This document shows, one piece after another, positions 46,801 to 56,254 of a stretch of DNA of 64,000 nt. The DNA lies in NCBI GenBank assembly GCA_016124275.1, contig WGOA01000014.1, positions 71,833-135,832 on the forward strand. The letters run 5' to 3'. A model generated the notes under the pieces. The model did not search any database, had not been told where the DNA came from, and saw only the letters and a program-made list of their open reading frames with translations. This DNA is from Bacteroidota bacterium (GTDB taxonomy: Bacteria; Bacteroidota; Bacteroidia; Chitinophagales; BACL12). The translations under genes and the position numbers were made by a program. Every line of letters begins with the position of its first letter. Positions within the stretch are counted from its first letter, which is position 1.

Positions 46801-47781
46801 GTGCCCCCACCGCCCTACCTCATTGTAACCGGAGCCGCCGGATTTATCGGAAGCGCGCTCGTGAGCCGTCTGAATCAGCGCGGGCACCACCGCCTGGTGC
46901 TGGTGGATGATTTCGGGCGGTTGGACAAGGATCGCAACCTGGAAGGCAAGCGATTTTCGATCAAGATTGAGCGCGCTGACTTTCCGGAATGGCTGGACCG
47001 GCACGCAGCGGAAGCAGACCTGGTGTTTCACCTCGGGGCCCGCACGGACACCACAGAGTTTGACCGCTCGGTGTTTGATCGGCTCAATGTGGGCTATTCG
47101 CAACAAATCTGGCAAACATGCGCGCGGGAAGGGCTGGCGCTGGTCTATGCGTCCTCGGCGGCTACCTACGGCGACGGGCAGCTTGGCTACAGCGATGCCC
47201 ACGAGCGCATCGGGGCGTTGCGGCCGCTCAATCCCTACGGCGATTCCAAGCAGGCCTTTGATCGCTGGGCGCTGGAGCAGGAACAAAAGCCTCCCTTGTG
47301 GGCAGGCCTCAAGTTTTTCAACGTTTACGGTCCCAATGAATACCACAAAGGGCGAATGGCCTCGGTCATTCTGCACGCCTTTAACCAAATCCGCGAGAGC
47401 GGCGCTGTGCGCCTGTTCCGCTCGCACCGACCAGACTATCCGGATGGCGGTCAGTGCCGCGATTTTGTATACGTCAAAGATGTCGTCAATGTCCTGGAGT
47501 GGTTTGTGGATCACCGCGCCCAGAGCGGCATTTTCAACCTGGGAACCGGCCAGGCGCGAACCTTCCTGGATTTGGCCCGGGCAGTTTTTACCGCTATGAA
47601 TTTGCCAGAAAACATCGTATACGTAGATATTCCGGAAGATATCCGGGATACTTACCAATACTTTACGGAGGCCGAAATGGGCAAATTGCGCGCTGCAGGG
47701 TACGCGGCGCCCTTTCGCAGCCTGGAAGAGGGGGTGTCCGATTACGTTAATCGGTATCTTTTGCCCGGTCTGCCTTACTAA
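46801..47781 (+). CDS. hldD: ADP-L-glycero-D-manno-heptose 6-epimerase
   Basis: 326 aa with a GTG start. LIVTGAAGFIGSALV Rossmann motif, ASSAATYG, NPYGDSKQAFD (YxxxK) and FFNVYGPNEYHKGRMAS, typical of HldD/RfaD. Confidence 0.85.
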   Translation: MPPPPYLIVTGAAGFIGSALVSRLNQRGHHRLVLVDDFGRLDKDRNLEGKRFSIKIERADFPEWLDRHAAEADLVFHLGARTDTTEFDRSVFDRLNVGYSQQIWQTCAREGLALVYASSAATYGDGQLGYSDAHERIGALRPLNPYGDSKQAFDRWALEQEQKPPLWAGLKFFNVYGPNEYHKGRMASVILHAFNQIRESGAVRLFRSHRPDYPDGGQCRDFVYVKDVVNVLEWFVDHRAQSGIFNLGTGQARTFLDLARAVFTAMNLPENIVYVDIPEDIRDTYQYFTEAEMGKLRAAGYAAPFRSLEEGVSDYVNRYLLPGLPY

Positions 47782-47806
47782 CTGCCATTTTTGCTGCATT
47801 GATCCG

Positions 47807-50800
47807 TTGACAAAGCCATCCCTCCTGCTGGCCGTGCTTGCGTTTCCCCGAACTCGGGCGGGGAGGGGAAGCTATGCCAAAGGGTACCTGGCCCTGTTTT
47901 TTGCCCTGTTCCTGACGCCAGTGCTTAAAACGTATGGTCAAACAGACAATGCCAGACTCCGCTATTTTGCCCTGAACGCAGATTCGCTGCGCCTGGATAC
48001 GCTTTCGATCATCCCGGGCTCGCTGCAGTTGTGGGCTCCGGCAACGGTTGGTTCCGATTCGGCTGCGCTGGTAGAAGGGCTGGACTACCGCGTTGAGCTT
48101 GCTTCGGGCACGGTTTACTTTCGCCCGGAAAAAAAACCCGACAGCCTCGGAGCGGCCTACCGCGTTTTTCCGCTTGACTTTAGCCGGCGCTACGCGCACA
48201 AGGATCGCATGGCATTGGATACCCTGGACTTGTTCCAGGCGCCTTTTACGTATACTCCGCCTCGCTATGGAGAGCGCAGCTACCTGGACATGGGCGGACT
48301 GGATTACAGCGGAAGTTTTTCGAGGGGGTTAAGTTTTGGCAACCGGCAGGATGTGGTGCTCAACTCCAGCCTGAACCTGCAATTGAGCGGCATGCTCCGC
48401 GATGTGGAAATTGAAGCGGCCATCACGGACAACAACATTCCCGTGCAGCCCGAAGGCAACACACAACAGTTGCAGGAATTTGATAAAGTGTTTATTCGTT
48501 TGCGCCGCGATCCGCACGAGTTAACGGTGGGCGATTTTGAGCTTCGGCGGCCGGACAGCTATTTCATGAACCTGTTCCGCCGCTTGCAAGGCGCTCAGTA
48601 CCGCGGTGCCGTGCTTTCGGAGAAGGGCGGACAGTTTTCGTTTGGTGCCAGCGCGGCGGTGGCACGCGGGCAGTATCGCCGGCAATTTTTGATTCCGGTA
48701 GAAGGGAACCAGGGTCCTTATCTGCTGCGGGGCAACAACAACGAGCGCTTCATCATTGTGCTGGCGGGTTCGGAGCGGGTTTACATTGATGGGGAATTGA
48801 TGCAACGCGGTGCAGAAAATGATTATATTATTGACTACAATGCGGGAGAGCTCATCTTTATGCCGTCCCGGATCATCACTAAGGACTTGCGCATTCAGGT
48901 GGAATTTGAATATTCGGAGCGCAGTTATTTTCGCTCGCTGGCTTTTGGACAGATGGGCTACAGCAGTGCCGACAGCAAGCTGGATGTGCGCCTGAACGCC
49001 TTTACCGAGCAGGATGGCCGCAACCAAACGCTCGATGCCCCTCTGAGTTCCCGCGATCGGAACATTCTCCGCGATGTGGGCGACAGCATACAATTGGCGC
49101 TGGCGCCGGCCTACGACACGGCATCGTTTGACCCTGGACGCATTCTGTACAGGGTTGTAGATAGCTTAGGTTATGATACTGTTTTTGTTTATACTACTTC
49201 TTCATCGGAGAATTTGTACCAGGTCGGATTCAGTCAGGTGGGCCAGGGTTTGGGAAACTACCGCTTAGCCAACTCGCTGGCCAACGGCCGGGTGTATGAA
49301 TGGGTGGCTCCGCTGGGGGGCATTCCGCAAGGGGAGTTTGAACCGGTTCGCCAGTTGCCGGCGCCCTTAGCGCGCCAACTGGTGGTGCTGGGAGCAGATT
49401 GGCGCCCGTTTAAAGAGGGCGAATGGATGGCAGAGGCCGCCTTCAGTCAGCGGGACGTTAACACCTTTTCAACCCTGAATGATGCGGATGATTCGGGGCT
49501 GGGTTTGGTGTTGGGCATGCGGCAGGCTATCCCGCTAGGAAGGGATACGGCCCGGCGCTCGTCAGAGACCGGTGGAAGTTCAATTGGCGGGTCCAACGGT
49601 TGGAAGCTCATTGCCGATGCGCGTTACGAGTTTGCCGATGACCGCCTGGAGCCCATTGAAAACTACCGGCCCATGGAGTTTGGCCGCGATTGGAACCTGG
49701 GCACCGGACTGGCTACAACCGATGAACATTGGTTCAGCGGCGGGTTGGAAGTGCAGCGAGGCAACAGTCGATCTTTGGGCTACCGGTTGGATCACTACAG
49801 CCAGACGGATGCCTATACGGGTTGGCGGCAGGGGGGGAGTCTGATGCTGCGCGAAGGTGGTTTTCGCGCCCTGGTCAACGGCAGTTACCTCAAGGCCAGC
49901 ACTGATTCTTCGGCGTCGTCGTTTCTGCGGCCGCGCGTTGACCTGAGCCAGTCCTGGAAGGGCTGGTCGTTGCGGGTTTACAGCGAGATGGACGATATCC
50001 GGTTTCGGGGGGGCGGGGGCGATACCCTGACCGCCGGGACCATTTATTACGACCTTCTCCAAACTACGCTCGGCACGGCAGATTCGGGACGCAACAGCTA
50101 CAGCCTGACGCATCGCGTGCGCCGCGACAAGGGGGCTTTGGGCGAGGGGTTGGCGCTTTCGGCAGTGGCCCATGAGATTTTGGTCAACGGTCGTTTGTCC
50201 AGCTGGAAAAACCAGCGTTTGAGTTGGACCTTCACCTGGCGCGACCTCGACGTGCTGGATACTTCGCTGATTTCAGCGCAGGCCGAAGCGGGCTACCTGG
50301 GGCGATTGGAGTACGGCGGTCAGTGGTGGTCGGGTTTTGTGAGCGGTGATCTGCTGTATGAGCTGGGCACTGCCAGCGAGCCTCGACGCAGTTTTGCTTA
50401 CGTGCAAGTGCCTGCGGGCGAAGGGCAATTCTCCTGGAACGACTACAATGCCAACGGAGTGGCTGAATTGGATGAATTTGAACTGGCCGCATTTGCTGAC
50501 CAGGCCAATTTCATCCGGGTGTTCACGCCAACGGATGAATACATCCGCGCCGATGTGCTCAATACCCAATACTCGGTTAGCGTGCAGCCCAAAGCGCTTT
50601 GGCCTTCCGCACAGGGTCTTGGGGGCTTTCTGACGCGATTTTCCGGCCAGTCCATCTGGCAACTCAACCGCAAGGTGCTGGAAGGTGCCGGTTCAGCGGC
50701 CTATGTACCGCTGGAAACTGATTTGGAGGATACGTCGCTGGTCAGCGTGGCAAAACTGTTTCGAAATACGGTGTGGTTTAACAGAAGCCGCCCGGAGTTT

Positions 50801-51388
50801 GCGCTGGAATACACCTACCAGGACAACCGCAGCGTAGGGTTAATTACGGGCGGTGCGGAAGAGCGCATCAACCGCGACCACGAGTTCATCGTGCGGGCTG
50901 CGTTGAGCAAAAAGTTCAACATTCGGGGCGAAGGGCGGCTGGGCAGGAGGCTGCTGACGTCGGAAGCATTCGCCACACGCGACTATGCCCTTCCCTTTCA
51001 GGAGGGCCAAATTCAACTCAACTACCAAAACAGCACCGCTTACCGGATTGGATTGCGGTATGGCCTGGGCAGCAGCCGCAACGAAACAGGAATTGAACAA
51101 TTGTTCAGTCAGGAGGCTGGAATCGAAGGGCGATACAACCTGGTGGGCAAAAGCAGCCTGGATCTGGAGGCTTCGGTGGTGCTGGTGGAGTTCAGCGGCG
51201 AGAGCGCAAGCCCGGTGGCTTTTGCCATGTTGGAAGGGCTGCAAAACGGCACAAACCTTTTGTGGAATCTGGGTTATGACCGCAAGCTGTCGCGCTTTTT
51301 ACAGCTGGGCTTGAATTACGAAGGGCGCAAAACGGGTACTGCGCCGATTGCGCATATTGGACGGGCACAATTGCGCGCCATCTTCTAG
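47807..51388 (+). CDS. very large predicted outer-membrane beta-barrel protein, function unknown
   Basis: 1193-aa ORF with signal-like YLALFFALFLTPVLKTYGQ. It needs a non-ATG start (TTG 47807 or GTG 47834), because the first in-frame ATG is codon 134. Ends in ..LRAIF, an aromatic C-terminus typical of OMPs. Confidence 0.7.
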   Translation: MTKPSLLLAVLAFPRTRAGRGSYAKGYLALFFALFLTPVLKTYGQTDNARLRYFALNADSLRLDTLSIIPGSLQLWAPATVGSDSAALVEGLDYRVELASGTVYFRPEKKPDSLGAAYRVFPLDFSRRYAHKDRMALDTLDLFQAPFTYTPPRYGERSYLDMGGLDYSGSFSRGLSFGNRQDVVLNSSLNLQLSGMLRDVEIEAAITDNNIPVQPEGNTQQLQEFDKVFIRLRRDPHELTVGDFELRRPDSYFMNLFRRLQGAQYRGAVLSEKGGQFSFGASAAVARGQYRRQFLIPVEGNQGPYLLRGNNNERFIIVLAGSERVYIDGELMQRGAENDYIIDYNAGELIFMPSRIITKDLRIQVEFEYSERSYFRSLAFGQMGYSSADSKLDVRLNAFTEQDGRNQTLDAPLSSRDRNILRDVGDSIQLALAPAYDTASFDPGRILYRVVDSLGYDTVFVYTTSSSENLYQVGFSQVGQGLGNYRLANSLANGRVYEWVAPLGGIPQGEFEPVRQLPAPLARQLVVLGADWRPFKEGEWMAEAAFSQRDVNTFSTLNDADDSGLGLVLGMRQAIPLGRDTARRSSETGGSSIGGSNGWKLIADARYEFADDRLEPIENYRPMEFGRDWNLGTGLATTDEHWFSGGLEVQRGNSRSLGYRLDHYSQTDAYTGWRQGGSLMLREGGFRALVNGSYLKASTDSSASSFLRPRVDLSQSWKGWSLRVYSEMDDIRFRGGGGDTLTAGTIYYDLLQTTLGTADSGRNSYSLTHRVRRDKGALGEGLALSAVAHEILVNGRLSSWKNQRLSWTFTWRDLDVLDTSLISAQAEAGYLGRLEYGGQWWSGFVSGDLLYELGTASEPRRSFAYVQVPAGEGQFSWNDYNANGVAELDEFELAAFADQANFIRVFTPTDEYIRADVLNTQYSVSVQPKALWPSAQGLGGFLTRFSGQSIWQLNRKVLEGAGSAAYVPLETDLEDTSLVSVAKLFRNTVWFNRSRPEFALEYTYQDNRSVGLITGGAEERINRDHEFIVRAALSKKFNIRGEGRLGRRLLTSEAFATRDYALPFQEGQIQLNYQNSTAYRIGLRYGLGSSRNETGIEQLFSQEAGIEGRYNLVGKSSLDLEASVVLVEFSGESASPVAFAMLEGLQNGTNLLWNLGYDRKLSRFLQLGLNYEGRKTGTAPIAHIGRAQLRAIF

Positions 51389-51426
51389 CCAGGCAACATC
51401 CGTGAGCAGAACAGGGACCTCCTCGT

Positions 51427-52374
51427 TTACTTCAGCTCAAAATCGGAAGTGCCGATGAGGTAGCCTTTGTGGTAAACTTCCGCTTTGTAGCGTCCGGTAG
51501 CGAACTCTGCAGCCTGCTCCCAGTAGGTGCAGAACCGCTGGGTGGGATCGTTCTGGAAATCAAAGGTAAAGCGGTTGGTGTACATGGATTCTTCCCCGTT
51601 TTCCCGGTTGATGAACACATTTTCTCCCTGGGCAAGCGTCAAGCCGCCGGGGCCGATGATTTTCAGGTACAGGGTTTGGCTGCCTTTGCCCACCAGGCGG
51701 TTCTCCAACAAATCAAAACAGATTTTGAGCTGTTCGGCGCGTTTGGCGCGGTTGGTTTCGCTCTCCTCGCCACTTTTTCGCCCGCGGACCCCGGTTCCGA
51801 CGGCGTTTACCGCTTGGAGAATACTGCCCAGTGCGGCGATGGAATCCCGCTGGGTGCGCATGCTTTTTGATTCCTGCGCCGTTTGGGTGTAGCGTTGGTT
51901 TAAGGTGTCGTAGTTGTATTGCAGCGTTTCCATGGCGTTTGACACGGAATCCAACCGCGCGATAAAGCGGTTTTTGTCTGATTTCAAAGCATCAATCTGA
52001 AGCCGCGCGTCGTCCAGCATTTGTTGGATTTCAGCCAGTTTAGCGGCCGAAAAGTTCTTGTCGTGCAGAGCTTTTTGGATTTCCTTTTGCTTGGTAAGCA
52101 CCACTTGCTTGAGGCTGTCACGGATGTCGATGAGGTCTTCGTTGTCCGTTCGGTAGGTCTCTAACCGGAGGAGGTAATCGTTTACTTCTGCGTTGAGCTC
52201 CTGGATCATCCGGTCCGCTTCTTCTTTCTGTTCGGTCAGTTTGTTGTTCTTCTCCTTATTTTGGAAGGTGCTGTAGAACAGTCCTCCATTGATGAGCAAC
52301 AGCAACAGAACCAGGATGATGTACATAAAAGGACCCCGGTCCTTCTTTTTTTCTTCGCCTTTGAGATCACTCAT
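51427..52374 (-). CDS. membrane-anchored coiled-coil protein, function unknown
   Basis: 315 aa with an N-terminal TM helix (FMYIILVLLLLLINGGLFY), then ~170 aa of heptad-like Gln/Glu/Lys/Leu-rich sequence and a globular C-terminal domain. Confidence 0.7.
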   Translation of the reverse strand: MSDLKGEEKKKDRGPFMYIILVLLLLLINGGLFYSTFQNKEKNNKLTEQKEEADRMIQELNAEVNDYLLRLETYRTDNEDLIDIRDSLKQVVLTKQKEIQKALHDKNFSAAKLAEIQQMLDDARLQIDALKSDKNRFIARLDSVSNAMETLQYNYDTLNQRYTQTAQESKSMRTQRDSIAALGSILQAVNAVGTGVRGRKSGEESETNRAKRAEQLKICFDLLENRLVGKGSQTLYLKIIGPGGLTLAQGENVFINRENGEESMYTNRFTFDFQNDPTQRFCTYWEQAAEFATGRYKAEVYHKGYLIGTSDFELK

Positions 52375-52587
52375 GGTGGATAAATTGTTTCACAATTGAA
52401 CAGACACGTTTGACCCTCCGTTGGCGAAATTAACAGAAATTGCCGGGGTGAAGGGGGCGCTCCCTGGTGTTGGCTTGTTCTGTGGTTGACCAAAGGGCTG
52501 CACCATACGTTTTTTCCGCGAATCGTTTCAAGGGGATTGCCATTTTCAGGGTCCGCAAACCAAAGGTTATACGGATAACACGCATTT

Positions 52588-52927
52588 ATGTTAAACAAGG
52601 ATTTTTGGGAAGAGCGCTACGCGCTGGAGCAAACCGGGTGGGATATCGGTGAAATTTCGCAACCACTGCGCAATTATTTCGAAGGGCTTGCCAACAAGAA
52701 GCAGCATATCCTCATTCCCGGTTGTGGGCGGGCTTATGAAGCCGAGTTTCTTTTTAAATGACGATCGCCCGCCCTTTGGTGGCAATGAGGCGGAATACCG
52801 CGCGTTGTTTGCCCGGCATTTTCACCTGGAGAAATTGGAAACAGCCCCGGACAGCATCGCGCCGAGAGCGGGGCGGGAACTTTTTCTGATGGCCAGAAAA
52901 GCGGACCTTTCGGCTGTGGAATGCTGA
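52588..52927 (+). pseudogene. internally deleted, frameshifted TPMT-family SAM-dependent methyltransferase remnant
   Basis: Frame 1 reads MLNKDFWEERYALEQTGWDIGEISQPLRNYFEGLANKKQHILIPGCGRAYEAEFLFK, then a stop at 52759-52761. The +1 frame continues LNDDRPPFGGNEAEYRALFARHFHLEKLETAPDSIAPRAGRELFLMARK. The N- and C-terminal family motifs are present, but the whole Rossmann core between them is missing. Confidence 0.75.
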
Positions 52928-52976
52928 ACGAAGCCAAGACGGCTCTTGCTTCTTACCCTTAAGCCCTTCGCCCGAT

Positions 52977-53705
52977 ATGCGCAGCCTGCAAAGCATCAAT
53001 TTGGAAGATCTCGTGTTTTTTGACATCGAGACAGTGCCGCTGACCGAAGACCTCGGTGAACTGCCCGAAGACCTGCAAACTATATGGCGAACCCGCGAGC
53101 TGACGCGCGCGCCGGAGGGCAGCGACCTGGACGAATGGTACCAGAACAGGGCAGGGCTGTACGCCGAATTTGGGCAGGTGGTGTGCATAGCCATGGGGTT
53201 TTTTACCCGCACCCGTGACGGGCGGCAATTTCGGGTTAAAACCATCGCCTACCCGGAGGAGAGCATGGTGTTGGAGGAATTTGCCCAGCTTTTGCACAAG
53301 CACTACCCTTCGCTGAGCCGGCACAGGCTCTGCGGGCACAACATTAAGGGATTTGACATTCCTTTTTTGTGTAGAAGAATGTTGATTCACGGCATGGAAT
53401 TGCCGGCGCAGTTGGATGTGGTGGGGCTGAAGCCTTGGGAAATTCTGCATTTGGATACCCAGGAGCTCTGGCAATTTGGGGACCGCCGGGGTGCAGCTTC
53501 ACTGCGCCTGCTGGCAGCGATTTTCGGTATTCCCAGCCCCAAAACCGACATTGACGGAAGCGAAGTGGGCCGTGTTTACTGGCAGGAGAACGATCTGGAC
53601 CGGATTGCGGCGTATTGCGCCCGCGATGTGGTGTCTACAGCCCGAATTGTCCTGAAATTGCGCGATCGGGAGACCTTGTCGGACGATTCCGTCTTTGCGG
53701 TGTAA
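52977..53705 (+). CDS. DEDD 3'-5' exonuclease (PolB-exonuclease-like, RNase H fold)
   Basis: 242 aa with LVFFDIETVP (ExoI), GHNIKGFDIPFL (ExoII) and YCARDV (ExoIII). Confidence 0.75.
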   Translation: MRSLQSINLEDLVFFDIETVPLTEDLGELPEDLQTIWRTRELTRAPEGSDLDEWYQNRAGLYAEFGQVVCIAMGFFTRTRDGRQFRVKTIAYPEESMVLEEFAQLLHKHYPSLSRHRLCGHNIKGFDIPFLCRRMLIHGMELPAQLDVVGLKPWEILHLDTQELWQFGDRRGAASLRLLAAIFGIPSPKTDIDGSEVGRVYWQENDLDRIAAYCARDVVSTARIVLKLRDRETLSDDSVFAV

Positions 53706-53759
53706 GCTTTTCAGGAGAAGTTGGCGGGGTTATTTAGAAGTTCCCTTATTTTCACCCCT

Positions 53760-55550
53760 ATGGATAAGTCTTTGCTCCTGGAGGTCAAGAACCTGGTAAC
53801 GCAGTTTAAAACCGAAGAAGGCACGACCACTGCGGTCAATGACGTCAGTTTTGAGATTTACCGGGGCGAAACGGTAGGTATCGTCGGTGAGTCGGGTTCT
53901 GGAAAGTCGGTGACCTGCCTCTCGCTGATGCGGTTGATTCCCAATCCCCCCGGCAAAATCCTCGCGGGCCAAATGCTTTACCACGGGCGGGAGGGTACGG
54001 TTGATCTGGTCACCCTGCCGGAACAGGATATGCGCCGGTACCGGGGCAATGAGATCGGCATGATTTTTCAGGAGCCGATGACTTCGCTCAATCCGGTGTT
54101 CACCTGTGGCGATCAGGTGATGGAGGCCATTATGCTTCACCAGAGTGTGTCTCGCCACGAGGCAAGGGAGCGCACGTTGGAGCTGTTCGAAAAAGTGCAA
54201 TTGCCAGATCCCAAGCGGATGGCCGATTCCTACCCACACCAGCTTTCAGGCGGCCAGAAGCAACGGGTTATGATTGCCATGGCCATGTCTTGCAACCCCG
54301 GTATTCTGGTGGCAGATGAGCCTACAACGGCACTTGACGTGACCGTGCAGAAGACCATTCTGGACTTGATGGCTGATCTGAAGTCACGAATTAACTCCTC
54401 TATTATCTTCATTACCCATGATTTAGGAGTTATTGCAGAGGTAGCCGACCGGGTCATCGTCATGTACAAGGGCCGGATCGTGGAGCAGGGCAGTGTGCTG
54501 GATATTTTCTCCAACCCGCAGCACCCCTACACCAAAGGGTTGCTGGCCTGCCGCCCGCCCCTGGGCAAGCGATTGAGCAAGCTCCCGGTCATTGCGGACT
54601 TTATGGAGGAAAAGCCGGATGGCACGTTGGTGGAAAAGGCTCATTCGGTTGCCACATTGATTGATTCGGTGACCGTTTCTCCGCAAGAAACAAAGGCTCG
54701 TCTGGTTTCTTTGGAGGCGCAGGCACCGATGCTCAAAGTCCGCAACCTCAAAACCTGGTTTCCCACAAAGCGCAACCTGTTGGGCAGGCCCCAGGCTTGG
54801 GTTAAAGCCGTTGATGATGTCAGCTTTGACGTTTATCCGGGAGAAACGCTTGGACTGGTTGGCGAGTCCGGTTGTGGAAAAACGACCCTGGGCCGCACCA
54901 TTATTCGGTTGGTGGAACCGCATGATGGCACCATGGAACTGGAAGGCAAGGACCTGGTAGGCATGAACAAGCAGGACTTGACGGCCCTGCGCAAAGACAT
55001 GCAGATCATTTTTCAGGACCCCTATTCTTCGCTCAACCCGCGACTGACCATTGGCAATGCCATCATGGAGCCGCTCAATGTGCACAAAGTTTTTAATACC
55101 GAACAGGAGCGAAAAGCGAGGGTGCTGGAGTTGCTGGATCGGGTTGGGCTGCAGCGCATACACTACAACCGCTATCCCCATGAGTTTTCAGGCGGTCAAC
55201 GCCAGCGCATTTGCATTGCCCGTGCGCTGGCCCTAAACCCCCGTTTCATCATCTGTGATGAGTCCGTATCGGCGCTCGACGTTTCTGTTCAAGCGCAGGT
55301 CTTGAACCTCCTGATTGAGTTGCGAAAAGACTTTGGATTTACCTACATCTTTGTTTCGCATGATTTAAGTGTGGTCAAGTTTATGAGCGACCGGATGGTG
55401 GTCATGAACAAGGGAAAGATCGAAGAGATGGGCCCTGCGGACGAAATCTACAACAACCCGCAACATCCCTACACGCAGAAACTGATCGATGCCATCCCCA
55501 AAGGGGAACTCGAGGACATTATGGCGCGTTTGGCTTTGGTGAAGGGTTGA
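53760..55550 (+). CDS. ABC transporter ATP-binding protein with duplicated ATPase (Dpp/Opp D-F type)
   Basis: 596 aa from ATG 53760. Two Walker A motifs (GESGSGKS, GESGCGKT), two signatures (LSGGQKQR, FSGGQRQR) and two oligopeptide-type C-terminal tails (NPQHPYT). No permease gene is adjacent. Confidence 0.85.
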   Translation: MDKSLLLEVKNLVTQFKTEEGTTTAVNDVSFEIYRGETVGIVGESGSGKSVTCLSLMRLIPNPPGKILAGQMLYHGREGTVDLVTLPEQDMRRYRGNEIGMIFQEPMTSLNPVFTCGDQVMEAIMLHQSVSRHEARERTLELFEKVQLPDPKRMADSYPHQLSGGQKQRVMIAMAMSCNPGILVADEPTTALDVTVQKTILDLMADLKSRINSSIIFITHDLGVIAEVADRVIVMYKGRIVEQGSVLDIFSNPQHPYTKGLLACRPPLGKRLSKLPVIADFMEEKPDGTLVEKAHSVATLIDSVTVSPQETKARLVSLEAQAPMLKVRNLKTWFPTKRNLLGRPQAWVKAVDDVSFDVYPGETLGLVGESGCGKTTLGRTIIRLVEPHDGTMELEGKDLVGMNKQDLTALRKDMQIIFQDPYSSLNPRLTIGNAIMEPLNVHKVFNTEQERKARVLELLDRVGLQRIHYNRYPHEFSGGQRQRICIARALALNPRFIICDESVSALDVSVQAQVLNLLIELRKDFGFTYIFVSHDLSVVKFMSDRMVVMNKGKIEEMGPADEIYNNPQHPYTQKLIDAIPKGELEDIMARLALVKG

Positions 55551-55555
55551 GGCGA

Positions 55556-56236
55556 ATGGCTGATTCCACCTACAAATTTATTCCCTACGTTTCCAGCGGG
55601 TTGGCCCCAGCAGAAACAGAAACGCGCGCGCGCCAGCTGCGGCTCGAGTGGGCTGCGCGTCGTTCCCTGCGCATGTTTTCGAGTCGCCCAGTGCCTCGGT
55701 CGGTCATAGAAGATTTGATTATGGCGGCCTCTTCCGCCCCAAGTGGAGCAAACAAACAGCCCTGGACCTTCTGTGCGGTCAGCAATCCGGCGCTCAAAGC
55801 GCAAATCAGAGAGGCAGCTGAGAAAGAAGAATACGAAAATTATCACGGTCGTATGCCGGGGGAATGGCTGCAGGATCTCCGGCAATTTGGTACCGATTGG
55901 CAAAAGCCGTTTCTGGAAATTGCGCCCTGGATTATTGTGTTGTTTAAAAGAATATACGAAAAAGATGATCAGGATCCTTCCAAAAAGAATAATAACTATT
56001 ATGTTACGGAGTCCGTTGGTCTGGCCGCAGGTATGTTTTTAACGGCCATCCATCAGGCTGGATTAGTCAGTTTAACCCATACGCCAAGTCCCATGAATTT
56101 CCTTGGTTCTGTTTTGGGACGTCCGGAGAATGAACGACCCTTTTTGCTCATCCCGGTTGGTTATGCTGCGGATGATGCCGTTGTACCAGCCATTCAGCGC
56201 AAAAGCGCAGAGGAGGTCATTGCGTGGTATGAATAG
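55556..56236 (+). CDS. nitroreductase-superfamily flavoprotein, iodotyrosine deiodinase (IYD)-like
   Basis: 226 aa from ATG 55556. RRSLRMFSSRPVP, SSAPSGANKQPWTF, EKEEYENYHGRM..DWQKPFLEIAPWIIVLFK and LLIPVGY parallel animal IYD, including the Glu/Tyr/Lys lid residues as I recall them. Confidence 0.7.
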   Translation: MADSTYKFIPYVSSGLAPAETETRARQLRLEWAARRSLRMFSSRPVPRSVIEDLIMAASSAPSGANKQPWTFCAVSNPALKAQIREAAEKEEYENYHGRMPGEWLQDLRQFGTDWQKPFLEIAPWIIVLFKRIYEKDDQDPSKKNNNYYVTESVGLAAGMFLTAIHQAGLVSLTHTPSPMNFLGSVLGRPENERPFLLIPVGYAADDAVVPAIQRKSAEEVIAWYE

Positions 56237-56254
56237 CCGCAAGCGGGCTTGCTG

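Noticed and set aside
52977-55550. Exonuclease plus ABC-type ATPase pair as a possible anti-phage defence module (PARIS, Gabija or OLD-like).
   Set aside because: The ATPase is a classic duplicated Dpp/Opp D-F transport ATPase, with two NPQHPYT oligopeptide tails and LSGGQ signatures. The exonuclease is the widespread PolB-exo-like DEDD protein. There are no TOPRIM, helicase or nuclease partners.
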